Below are positions 8,868 through 18,484 of a stretch of DNA of 64,000 nt, piece after piece. Both the position numbers and the translations under genes were made by a program. Positions within the stretch are counted from its first letter, which is position 1. Each line of letters starts with the position of its first letter. The notes under the pieces were generated by a model. The model was not told the DNA's origin and ran no database searches. It saw nothing but the letters and a program-made list of their open reading frames with translations. This DNA is from Candidatus Auribacter fodinae (GTDB taxonomy: Bacteria; Auribacterota; Auribacteria; Auribacterales; Auribacteraceae): contig QZJZ01000005.1 of NCBI GenBank assembly GCA_003599815.1, positions 33,410 to 97,409 of the forward strand, in the 5' to 3' direction.

Positions 8868-9569
8868 ATGCGCAACGTCTTCTCGCTGTCGTGTATATGC
8901 GTACTGCTTATATATGCGGCAGGCGTCTCTGCCTATGAACTGACATGGGATTACCTTGCTCGCACCACATGGGGCGACGGCTTCCGCCCTGACGGCGACA
9001 GTTACGGCAACACCGCTGTCTGGGACTACAAGTATACGCCGTTAAATTCCACAAGTTACGCGCTGTATCAGGCGCTTTCCAACTGGTATGAACCCTATGG
9101 GATGTGGTCGTACCTTCCTGTTCCCGGTGTTGCGGCTGATAACAACTGGCTGGTCGTCGCGGTTAATACTGCTCATCCCGGCAACCTGAATGACCTCGCG
9201 ATACAGTTCATCGCTCCGATGGACGGTGTGTATGACGTCTCTGTCCAGCTGTACAATTGGAACGGAGAAAATCTCAACGGCGCTGACGGGCAGGATTTCT
9301 ACCTGCAGAAAATGTCGTCCATTCTTGACACCGAAACCAATCCGGTGCATGGCACATCGGTTTTATCCGCGCAGGACGTATCACTGCTGGCGGGGGAGTC
9401 GCTCTTTCTGCGTATCAATATGAAAGCGAATTCACATTATGACAGCATATCGGTTCAGCAGTTTGTCGTCACCGGAACGTTTCCTGACCCGGTAGTCGTG
9501 CCTGAACCTGCGTCTGTCCTCCTGATGTTAGCCGGGTTAAGCGTCCTTATCCGCCGCCTGCGGCGATAA
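8868..9569 (+). CDS. PEP-CTERM sorting-domain secreted protein
   Basis: N-terminal signal peptide. C-terminal VPEPASVLLMLAGLSVLIRRLRR (PEP motif, TM helix, basic tail). Paralog of the partial gene at 63307-63981 (YELTWDYLARTTWG vs YDITWDYLERTGWG). Confidence 0.75.
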   Translation: MRNVFSLSCICVLLIYAAGVSAYELTWDYLARTTWGDGFRPDGDSYGNTAVWDYKYTPLNSTSYALYQALSNWYEPYGMWSYLPVPGVAADNNWLVVAVNTAHPGNLNDLAIQFIAPMDGVYDVSVQLYNWNGENLNGADGQDFYLQKMSSILDTETNPVHGTSVLSAQDVSLLAGESLFLRINMKANSHYDSISVQQFVVTGTFPDPVVVPEPASVLLMLAGLSVLIRRLRR

Positions 9570-9770
9570 TCCGGAAACGATGAATAAGTCACAAAATAAT
9601 GTTATTGTTAAGCTTCGCAAAGTCTACGTCAATATCTTCAGCAGGAAAACGTTACACGTATAAGATCACTCCACGTCGACATTCCTCGTGATTGTAAAAG
9701 AGGGCGCAGAACCTTTTTTCAGAATTCCCAACATCCTGATGAGAAAAAAATGTGATGAACAATGTAATAT

Positions 9771-12700
9771 TTACAGCGATGTGTCGATAGCGGGCGATGC
9801 GGACCGCAGGCGAAGAATCTTTCTGCCTATCGTTGTGCCGGATAGCGTGAACGCCCCAAGCTGGTGCGAATCGGTATATTCGTTGAACGGCTGAGAGTTG
9901 ACAGTTAGCTCCTCAATCTGTTCAGCGGCAAGGTCGCTGAACAGGAAAAGAGCAAATGCCAGTGTTTTGATGCCTGATACGCTGACTACGCCAGCGAGCC
10001 CTGCTTCCTGAAGAAGTTCGGTATTGTTGGACGCGAGTTTCAGCTGGGGCGACGAAATGTCATAGGTGCGAATAATGTCCGCCATGATGTCTCTGTTCGG
10101 TGTCTGTGAGCTCATTGCAAACCAGTCGAAAGCCTCTTTGTCGACTACACGCCCCCCGTGGGATATGAGCGTATCGTACAGCGATTTGCCGAGCATGCCT
10201 GTTATTTGGCGCTGGGTGTAGTTTCTGGAAAAGAGGACAAACCGCAGTGTTTTATTCTTTTCTGTGTACGTATCCATGAGTGCAAACAGTGATATGAACA
10301 GGTATTTCCTCATGTTCATGTTTTCTTCAGGTGTATTGGGAAGCATGCCGGTGCTGTCGAGGTCGAGCATAAGCACATCCATATCTAATGAATCGGGAAC
10401 GGGAATTTCAGCGCCGTCGCCCGATGGTATTGATTTATGTATAATATACTGTAAAACAGCGAATTGCGATGGAGCCATGTTCAGCTTGTCCGCAACAGTA
10501 AATGACTGAATGAACCTTTCTGACGGAGTCAGGCTTGGAGAAACCAGAACGGCGAAAATCGCGTTTTTGTTTAACATCGCAGGGTCAGGCAGTACTGATA
10601 AGCCGCCTGACAGGTATTTGTTGAGCAGTGCGGCTGATGACGGTACATTAAAGCTGAAACTGAGGAACAGTGAGTTTACTTCCTGCTGGGTAAACTCCGG
10701 TTTGGTGTTTGCCATTGAGCTGAGCAGTCTGCCGGTCAGCTCAGCGGAAAGCCGTTCGATGCGTTTATGAGCAACAGACCTGCTGATCCCCAGCAGGTTG
10801 CCGATGTCTTCATGGATAACGCCGCGCTTATATTTTAAATAGAGCATAACCTGTTCGTCTTCAGGCAGTGACCGGAAAAAGCCGTCGAGCGTTTTATTTG
10901 CAGATACCGATAGCGGAGCGGTGAACACTCCCGGCTCGATTATATTTAACAAAAAGGTGAAATCTCTGACCGTCGCCAGCTCTGAAACCGTTTCTTTTTT
11001 AGAACTATACGCCGCTCCGGTATCTTCACGGAAAATCAGGGGGAACCGTTTCGATTTCCGGTACGCCATTTCGTTCATGGCCCGCGCGATAGAGGCGCTG
11101 TCGTGTGATTCGTCTTCCCATGCGATGTTTAACGCCATAAGGGCATTTGCCGATGCGGACTCCACATATTTTTTCGCGTTCGTGTCGTTGGTTGTGAGGA
11201 TGTTAGATATCCCTTTCCCACCAAAAGGCATATTCTCATGAAACTTTAGGAACAGGAAGAACTGGTCTTCAAGGGAAAGAGCGTAAAAAGCACGTTTGTA
11301 CACGCTGTTGTCAAACGGTAGTTCATGGAGTTCAGGGATCCGGGTCATGAATTCGAACGAGTCTAACCCCGCAATTTTATCAGAATATTCTGACATCAGC
11401 GACTGAGCTGTATACTGGGGGTAGAGGCGTTTACGGAGTTGATCGGTGAACAGCGACATGTATGGCGCAAGTTCAGCGCTCGTATGGAATAATGCCTCTA
11501 TCTCTTTTGCCGGCATCTGTTTTTTCAGGCGCAGGTAGAGTATTTTCCTGTCCTGAATGTTCAGGTTTTTTGTGAATATGTCGCGGAGAATTGACTGCGT
11601 CTGATCGTTGAGCGGGAACGTGTACATTCCTCCTTCAATAAGGTTGAGGAGGAATGTATAGTCGTCCAGCTCGCGCGTTTCTTCGTATATCCGTTTTTGT
11701 GAAACAGGTGTGCCGGATTCCATGGCGTCATCCTTGAAGAGCAGGATAAAGGGATCGGCGCCTCTGTATATCCGCCTGTTGACTGCGAGCATCATATCGT
11801 CTGTGGAGTCGAACTTTTCTGAGAGAATGACGTTGATCGTTTCCATCAAGCGTGATTCCGCGTTTTGTGTTTCTTTTTGCCATCCTGATGAGGCGATCCT
11901 GATAAGATTGAAGACCCCGTCTCCGCCGGATACGGGCCGTTTCTCATAATGTTTCATAAAGAGTATGACCTGATCCTGATAACTCAATAGTTTAAACGCC
12001 AATTCCAGCATGGTGTCGGTGAATTCTTTTTCCGCTACTGCCGGGACGGCGCGTAGAAAGCTGAAATCCGTGATGCCGGATATCTGTTCAGTGAAGTATT
12101 CAGACGTACTCTGCCGTTGTGATGTCCCATTTTCTATCCATTGCCGTACGAGCCGTGTTACTTTGCTTTGTAAGTAAGGTGTAGTGAGTATTTTGCCTGT
12201 TAAACTCCGAACTGATTTCAGTGTAGCGCCTTGTTTGTTCCTGAGATACATTTGTAACTGTTCTTCCGGCGTGAATTCATTGAAAAACAGGTCTTTGAGC
12301 ATCGATTGAAACTCGTCTGATAACGGAAATGTATACAGCCCGCCTTCAAGCGAATTGAGCATAAAAGTGAAGTCATCAAGGTCATTGATTTCCTGCTGGA
12401 TTGTATCCTTGCCGACAGGTTCCATATCTGTCCGCATATCGTCACGGAAAACGATGGGGAATACCGGTACGCCGGTATAAAAATGTTCATTGAGCCGGGC
12501 GGGTAATCGTGCCGGGTCAGGGTATTGCGCAAACAGGAAGAGCGCATCGACAAACCGTTGGCGTGCCGCTTCATTGAACGGCAGTTCCGCGTTGTCCGAC
12601 GTGAAAAGGGTGTCCCACACTCCTTTTCCGCCGCCGTTCGGCATATTGAGGTATACGCGCATATACAATATAATCTGATCGGCGAAACTCATCGATCTGA

Positions 12701-15700
12701 AAACGGGTTCCAGCATTTCAGGGTCCACTTCGTCCGGTTTTGGAGCGAGCGCCGCCAGCCAGTTGAAATCCGATAACTGCGTTATGCTGTCCCTGTACTG
12801 CTCGAAAACTGATACGGATTGTTCCCTGCCTGCCTGCCGTTGCTGTACAAGGCGGTTAATCTTTTGGGTGACAAACAGGATGGTTTTTTTCCATCCGGTG
12901 ACAGCGGATATCCGCGCGATCGGCATCTGGTAATGGTAATGCAGGTAGAGTATGACTTGCTCGTTATAGGTCAGTTCTTTAGTGAACACGTCGCCCAGCA
13001 TTGCCTGCTGTACAGCGTCGAGAGGGAACCTGTACAATCCTCCTTCTATCGCGTTCAGCAGGAATGAGAAATCGGTTATGCCCGCTATTTCATCCCTGAG
13101 AGCCTGCGGGTCAAGTGAATGTTCCTCAGCTGGGATATCCACCTTAAATACCATAGGCGGTTGGTCTATACCTGCGTATATCTTGCTGTGCAGGAGTGCG
13201 GAAAAGGCGCTGGGATTATCATCATACTCCTGTGTGTACAGGCTGATCGCCTGTTGCAGGTGTTCTTTTGCGGCATCGATGCGTGCGGTTAAAGTCTGGA
13301 AACGTCCGGCGATCTGCCGTTCTATGCCGTTGAGCCATCCTCGAAGTGGCAGTTTCTGGTAATAGCGCATGTACAGTATGATTTGATCGCTGAAACTGAG
13401 CGCCCTGAACGCCGCTTCGTTTTCTTCCGGGCTGTGTGCCCCTTCAGCGAGCAGGTTGTCAATAAACGAGAAGTCGGATAGGACTGCGATCTTTTCGGAG
13501 TACTCGTTCAGTCCGGGAAAATAGCCTGATGACGTTTCGCCCATCATGAAATCCAGCATTTGTTCCCTGAGGTCGCTGAACGCTTTGTTAATTTTACTCA
13601 GGTGTAAGGGGTGGATATCCTGTATCTCTTTGTATGTCATGCGTTTTGCGAAAAAGATATATGCCAGTTTCTGCATTTCGGCCGGCAGTTGATTGAAGAA
13701 AGACTTCAGTTGATCGTTATCAGGTAAGTACGGCGCTCCTGCGGGGAGCAGGTTCAGCAAAAATGTGTAATCATTTATTCCTTCAAGGCTGATTGACTCA
13801 AAATTTGTGACGGGAGCGCTGATTACGGAAACAGGTGCGGTCATTTTGAATGTGAACGGGTAAGTGCCGTTATATGCCTGTCTTTTGACCGTATCGGCGT
13901 ACTCGAACGGGTCATATTCCTTATCGGGCTGAAACAATACCATCGCTTTGTTGAACGTGCTGATCGCGATGCGCATTCGTTGCCGTATGCTAACCTCCGC
14001 AAAGGGAAGTATATTCGACAATGCGATCGGTTTTAGTCCCTGATCGTAGGCGCTGAACAGGAGAAATTTATCTTCAAACATGAGAGAATCGAACACCTGT
14101 TTAAGCTGTTCGTCTGTCAGGCCTTGCGGTATTTTTTCGGTGTAGTCCGGCAAAATGAATGCGCGCAGGAACCCGAAATCCTCATTCGCGCGCAGGCGTT
14201 CGAGCAGATCGAAATAATGAAATTTAAACACAATATTTTTGAGATACAGCGCGGCGTCCTCTTCAGTTACGCTCATTGCGCCAGCAAGTTGAGCGGCGGT
14301 GATTTTGCCGTTTTTAAAGAGCCCGAACACGTCCTGTTCCTGTTTGTCGAGAAACGGCAGATAGCGCTGAAAACGATCATAGTTCAGGAACACCTCATTT
14401 GCTTTGGCGAGTGTGTTTATGAGATGTGTTATTTCACCAGTTTCAATATGGAACGCTTCTTTTACAGCATTGATTCCATCGCGGTGCGTATCTGCGTTGC
14501 GGTACACCCGGAGCATATCGCGCTGTTCCGTCGAAAGGAGATTGGAGAGAATCCCGTCGAAAAAGGCTTGCTGGTGAGTGAGGTTTATGTCTTCTGTATC
14601 CTCGCGTTCCATACGCAGTTCCATATCTTCCAGCTCATCATTGGCGAGCGGGTCGAGATCGCGCATGACGATGTTTTCTTTTGACTTGCCCGAATCGTCG
14701 TATGTTCCGTCAAGATCGGTAAGGCGTGAACCGGTATAATGCAGGTTTGATTTCAGAGTATCATCAGCGTAAAAGCGCGCTATGCCGATTCGAACTTCTT
14801 CTTCCACAAACGCAGGGAACGAGCCGAACTCAGAGAGTATGCGGTCGAGCTCCTCTTCAGTACGCTGTGTGTGAATGCTGGTGAGCAGGGCAAGATAGCC
14901 TTCCTGATCAATGTCTCCGGTAGTTATATAGCGTGCGCGCCATGCCCGTGAAAGGCTGTGGCGTGACCGTGCAGTTTCCAAAGCCAGAGCGTGGTACTGG
15001 TTGACCAGTTGTTCTATGGCTTCGGTATCGCCGTTGCCCGCGGCGATCCATGTTTGTTTTTCTTTTTGTGCCTGTGTTTGTTCCGGTGTAACTCTCTGCT
15101 GAGGAACACGCACCGGAGCGGTTGATACTGCCGGTGAAATGCGCACGGCAAGCTCCTTATCGTCAGCGCTTCGCAGGACATGAACGTTACGCACTTTTGA
15201 CAGTTCCATTTGCAGTACAGCTATGGAGCCGCGGTCATCTCCTATGTTTTCATACAGTATGCGAATTACTGATGATAAAGCGTGATGTATATCTTTCAGG
15301 TCAAGTGAGAAGTCGATTGATATATGGTTGAGCCGGGGGTTGAAATGGTCTGTCAGCAATCGTAAATCTGTTGGTAATCCTTTCGGACGCAAAGCAATCG
15401 GCGCATTGTTCTTGTGCGCATTGACCAGCAGATAGGTGGTATAGCGGGGTACAAGGCTGTTCGCGAGGCTGTACGTCCCGTGTATGTCACGGCTAGCAAG
15501 CCCGGTTTCAGCAAGGCTGTCAAGCAGGGCTGATATGTCCTGCGATGTCAGGTCGAGCTGGTACATATCGTATTCGAGTTCAGGGAGTAATCCTTCCACT
15601 GAATACGGATGGGTTGACAGCAGTCCAAGTATCGACATTTGTATCTGGTTGATTTTTCGGATGTACTGCGAGTAGCCTCGGTAATTGATAAATTCCTGAA

Positions 15701-17630
15701 CTGAGCCGTCAATTAGGCGCACGACTTCCAGAACCGTGCCTGTAGACGCGCTGTCCGAGTCGAAATTATCGGCTGATGTAGTGTAATCGACGAAAACGGT
15801 TTCTTTGATTTTCGAGTGCGGGTCGGTGATTACCAGCTCTGCTATGATCCTGTTTCCCACAAAGCTCACGGAATCAACGGATATCAATGTATCATACTCA
15901 GCTGTTCTCAGCGCGGTGTTTATGGCGGAACGTATGGTTTCCTGAATATGGTCGCGCAAAGCGAGCCTGAGCGACAGGGGGTACTTCTGCAATTCGTTCT
16001 GTATGTAACTGTTTAAGAGCGTAGAGGTGAACAGGAGTTTCATCTTTTGCGACAGGGCTGTCTTGACCGCCGGATCAGCCAGCGATTCCGTTGCCAGCCA
16101 TGATGCGATTTTCAGACTGCTGACCTGAGGAGCCATAACCTGTTCCAGAGGGGTCATGTAGTTGGACAACAGAGAAAAATACGGGATCGGTTTTTCGTTA
16201 TGCGCGGCATTCGGGGTAATCACCACATACGATATATTTTTCTCTGCCAGCATTTTTGTTATTCCGTCGGAATGATACCCTCCCGCTATCAGAACAGCGG
16301 CGTCCTGTTTGTTTTGTTCCATCACTCTGAAGGTGTTGCGCACCAGATCGTTTTCCCGCGCGCTTGCGGATGAGTAAAAGAGCTCGTAGTTTTCGAGTTC
16401 CGCAATAATAATTGGTAGATCTATATTCAGATCGGGCATCAGCGCTGATATTGATTTCAGGATTGACTCATGGTTCACTGTTTTGAGGGCTGCTATTTCT
16501 TCCTGCGATATGGTAATAGCCGCAAGATGTTGTATAAGAGTGATATATCGTGCTATATCGTAAATTTGCCGTTCTTTCTCGTTAGATATCAGGGCGGCAT
16601 ACACTTTTGAGCGAAGCTCTTCTTCTTCACGCAGAATTGCGGTGTTGTCGAATGAATCGTATGCCTGAAGGTACGCGCAGAACTTGTTGAAATGCGCGTA
16701 TACGGAGGTATCCATGCTGTTTTCGTTCATCAAACCAGAAAGGATCGTGTGGTATTCGAGAGGCGCGATGGTGTTTGTTTTGAAGCGTAGTTCTTGTTTG
16801 AAAAGATGTTCGCTCTGTTCGGGATCAAGGCGCTCAATAAGTTTGTTAAGTATTTCTGCACGTTCTGTATCTGCCTTTTGAAAATCGAGTTCCGATTCCA
16901 TTTGTGACAATGACATCAGTATAGAGAAGTTCGTCAGGTTCGCATATTCCACGAGGTTTTCATCAGCGGCGCGTGCGAGTTTGCGGCAGTAATCGAGAAA
17001 AATGTCCTGATTCGCAAGAAACTGGCTGACCAGTGAGTCGAACTGCTTTAGTTTCTTTGAATAGATGTTGTCTTTCAGCTCCTCGAGACGGATACTGACC
17101 GCACTGAGCAGGTTTTCCAGCTGGCTGTGCCCCTGTTCAGCACGTTGGTATGAAATGATGTTGGCGTTATACAATGCAGGGGTCTCGATGCCATGTAAAG
17201 AAAATAACTGCTCATTTTCGTTGCCGGAGTTGCGGATAATTGAAATGTATTCAGATCCGTCGATTTTGCCGTTCCTGAGAAAATAATCAGACACGGTTTC
17301 CTTCGTTTTCGTGTTTGGAAAACGGGAAAATTCACTGGTGTCTATTAGTCCGGCGGCGCCTTCCACGCAGACCAGATTGATGTTGTATTGCGTGTTGAGG
17401 TGTTCCAGTATGCGGGCGAGATTTTTTTGCGCGCCGTAGTTGGTATGGTTATCCTGAATATGAATAATGAGTTTGTTATCCGCCTGATGCTGTCCGTTTA
17501 CCGACCCGTACTGGTGCGGTATTTTTATATCGCCGGCAGATACCCGTGCGTTATTTTGATCCGCCAGAACCGGGGCACAAAAAATAAATTCCGCCACGAT
17601 CAGGCAGAGAATAAAAGGCCGTCTGAGCAT
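9771..17630 (-). CDS. Giant (2619 aa) secreted protein: TraB/GumN-like N-terminal domain plus at least five tandem ~234-aa A/B repeat pairs with sigma-70 region-4-like HTH segments
   Basis: Signal peptide MLRRPFILCLIVAEFIFCAPVLADQ. AAVLIAGGYHSDGITKMLAEKNISYVVI matches the TraB/GumN C-terminal GxxH motif. Type-A repeats (D[FY]TFLLN.IEGG.Y.FPL ... LPEDEQVMLYLKYKRGVIHEDIGNLLGISRSVAHKRIERL) start at aa ~1285, 1517, 1750, 1987 and 2221. Type-B repeats (DFSFL...DQIILYMR.Y...P.GGGKG) alternate at aa ~1384, 1619, 1852 and 2089. Confidence 0.8.
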   Translation of the reverse strand: MLRRPFILCLIVAEFIFCAPVLADQNNARVSAGDIKIPHQYGSVNGQHQADNKLIIHIQDNHTNYGAQKNLARILEHLNTQYNINLVCVEGAAGLIDTSEFSRFPNTKTKETVSDYFLRNGKIDGSEYISIIRNSGNENEQLFSLHGIETPALYNANIISYQRAEQGHSQLENLLSAVSIRLEELKDNIYSKKLKQFDSLVSQFLANQDIFLDYCRKLARAADENLVEYANLTNFSILMSLSQMESELDFQKADTERAEILNKLIERLDPEQSEHLFKQELRFKTNTIAPLEYHTILSGLMNENSMDTSVYAHFNKFCAYLQAYDSFDNTAILREEEELRSKVYAALISNEKERQIYDIARYITLIQHLAAITISQEEIAALKTVNHESILKSISALMPDLNIDLPIIIAELENYELFYSSASARENDLVRNTFRVMEQNKQDAAVLIAGGYHSDGITKMLAEKNISYVVITPNAAHNEKPIPYFSLLSNYMTPLEQVMAPQVSSLKIASWLATESLADPAVKTALSQKMKLLFTSTLLNSYIQNELQKYPLSLRLALRDHIQETIRSAINTALRTAEYDTLISVDSVSFVGNRIIAELVITDPHSKIKETVFVDYTTSADNFDSDSASTGTVLEVVRLIDGSVQEFINYRGYSQYIRKINQIQMSILGLLSTHPYSVEGLLPELEYDMYQLDLTSQDISALLDSLAETGLASRDIHGTYSLANSLVPRYTTYLLVNAHKNNAPIALRPKGLPTDLRLLTDHFNPRLNHISIDFSLDLKDIHHALSSVIRILYENIGDDRGSIAVLQMELSKVRNVHVLRSADDKELAVRISPAVSTAPVRVPQQRVTPEQTQAQKEKQTWIAAGNGDTEAIEQLVNQYHALALETARSRHSLSRAWRARYITTGDIDQEGYLALLTSIHTQRTEEELDRILSEFGSFPAFVEEEVRIGIARFYADDTLKSNLHYTGSRLTDLDGTYDDSGKSKENIVMRDLDPLANDELEDMELRMEREDTEDINLTHQQAFFDGILSNLLSTEQRDMLRVYRNADTHRDGINAVKEAFHIETGEITHLINTLAKANEVFLNYDRFQRYLPFLDKQEQDVFGLFKNGKITAAQLAGAMSVTEEDAALYLKNIVFKFHYFDLLERLRANEDFGFLRAFILPDYTEKIPQGLTDEQLKQVFDSLMFEDKFLLFSAYDQGLKPIALSNILPFAEVSIRQRMRIAISTFNKAMVLFQPDKEYDPFEYADTVKRQAYNGTYPFTFKMTAPVSVISAPVTNFESISLEGINDYTFLLNLLPAGAPYLPDNDQLKSFFNQLPAEMQKLAYIFFAKRMTYKEIQDIHPLHLSKINKAFSDLREQMLDFMMGETSSGYFPGLNEYSEKIAVLSDFSFIDNLLAEGAHSPEENEAAFRALSFSDQIILYMRYYQKLPLRGWLNGIERQIAGRFQTLTARIDAAKEHLQQAISLYTQEYDDNPSAFSALLHSKIYAGIDQPPMVFKVDIPAEEHSLDPQALRDEIAGITDFSFLLNAIEGGLYRFPLDAVQQAMLGDVFTKELTYNEQVILYLHYHYQMPIARISAVTGWKKTILFVTQKINRLVQQRQAGREQSVSVFEQYRDSITQLSDFNWLAALAPKPDEVDPEMLEPVFRSMSFADQIILYMRVYLNMPNGGGKGVWDTLFTSDNAELPFNEAARQRFVDALFLFAQYPDPARLPARLNEHFYTGVPVFPIVFRDDMRTDMEPVGKDTIQQEINDLDDFTFMLNSLEGGLYTFPLSDEFQSMLKDLFFNEFTPEEQLQMYLRNKQGATLKSVRSLTGKILTTPYLQSKVTRLVRQWIENGTSQRQSTSEYFTEQISGITDFSFLRAVPAVAEKEFTDTMLELAFKLLSYQDQVILFMKHYEKRPVSGGDGVFNLIRIASSGWQKETQNAESRLMETINVILSEKFDSTDDMMLAVNRRIYRGADPFILLFKDDAMESGTPVSQKRIYEETRELDDYTFLLNLIEGGMYTFPLNDQTQSILRDIFTKNLNIQDRKILYLRLKKQMPAKEIEALFHTSAELAPYMSLFTDQLRKRLYPQYTAQSLMSEYSDKIAGLDSFEFMTRIPELHELPFDNSVYKRAFYALSLEDQFFLFLKFHENMPFGGKGISNILTTNDTNAKKYVESASANALMALNIAWEDESHDSASIARAMNEMAYRKSKRFPLIFREDTGAAYSSKKETVSELATVRDFTFLLNIIEPGVFTAPLSVSANKTLDGFFRSLPEDEQVMLYLKYKRGVIHEDIGNLLGISRSVAHKRIERLSAELTGRLLSSMANTKPEFTQQEVNSLFLSFSFNVPSSAALLNKYLSGGLSVLPDPAMLNKNAIFAVLVSPSLTPSERFIQSFTVADKLNMAPSQFAVLQYIIHKSIPSGDGAEIPVPDSLDMDVLMLDLDSTGMLPNTPEENMNMRKYLFISLFALMDTYTEKNKTLRFVLFSRNYTQRQITGMLGKSLYDTLISHGGRVVDKEAFDWFAMSSQTPNRDIMADIIRTYDISSPQLKLASNNTELLQEAGLAGVVSVSGIKTLAFALFLFSDLAAEQIEELTVNSQPFNEYTDSHQLGAFTLSGTTIGRKILRLRSASPAIDTSL
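10730..14480 (-). repeat. Tandem protein-coding repeat array inside the giant gene, about 700-bp period (A+B units) with at least five copies
   Basis: Amino-acid periodicity 1517->1750->1987->2221 (233-237 aa). Copies have diverged and are not identical at the DNA level. Confidence 0.6.
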
Positions 17631-17849
17631 GTATCACCTTGCTTAAAGTTAATATTCCGAAAATGTTACCTCTATTATACCACACTAAACTCAAAAAAGA
17701 CAGGTTACAAAGAAAATCGGGTGCATTGTTGCTTATTTCAGCTAACCAATACAGCTTGATTGCCGAAAAAATGTGTTGAATAAAATACCCGAATACTGTT
17801 TATTGTATGATAGTATGATAATTATAAAACAAACCGGGAGGCATCAGGC

Positions 17850-18482
17850 ATGACCACTTTTGCATATAAAATATCCGGCATGAACCGTAAACGCAAATTC
17901 GACGAGTTTCTTTCCATTTGCGCTCCAGCGGCGTCAACCACTATTCTGGACGTCGGTTTCTCCGATGAGGAATACTCCGCAACGGACAATTATCTGGAAA
18001 AGAACTACGCGCATCCTGAGAACATCACCGCTCTGGGCATAAACAAGCCGGTGAAGTTTCCCCAACGCTACCCGATGGTTAAAGTTGTGCAGTACGACGG
18101 AAAAACGTTTCCGTTCAAGGATAATGCCTTCGATATTGTCTGGTCGAACGCGGTGATCGAACATGTCGGCCCGGAACCGAGGCAGGTTCAGTTCCTGAAA
18201 GAGATCAACCGGGTGGCAAAGCAGAAGGTGTTCATCACTACACCCAACAAACTGTTTCCTGTGGAAGTGCATACCCGCACGCCGTTTTTACACTGGCTCC
18301 CGAAAAAGGCGTTTGACCGCTACCTGCATCTCATTGGAAAACAATGGGCCGCCGGTGATTATATGTACCTGATAACCATCAGCCGCATGAAACGGATGCT
18401 CGCTGAGGCGGGGATCACGGATTACACGATCATCAAAAATCGGCTCTGCGGTTTGGTGCTTGATTATGTGGTTACGTGGTAA
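17850..18482 (+). CDS. Class-I SAM-dependent methyltransferase
   Basis: ILDVGFSD (motif I) and FDIVWSNAVIEHV. RBS GGGAGG. Divergent from the giant gene. Confidence 0.7.
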   Translation: MTTFAYKISGMNRKRKFDEFLSICAPAASTTILDVGFSDEEYSATDNYLEKNYAHPENITALGINKPVKFPQRYPMVKVVQYDGKTFPFKDNAFDIVWSNAVIEHVGPEPRQVQFLKEINRVAKQKVFITTPNKLFPVEVHTRTPFLHWLPKKAFDRYLHLIGKQWAAGDYMYLITISRMKRMLAEAGITDYTIIKNRLCGLVLDYVVTW

Positions 18483-18484
18483 GG

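Noticed and set aside
10264-14684. Several + strand ORFs of 60-186 aa (for example 10264-10509, 12982-13362, 14124-14684) inside the giant gene region
   Set aside because: They lie antisense to a continuous 2619-codon ORF with clear domain and repeat structure. They are low-complexity, have no RBS, and are typical shadow ORFs.
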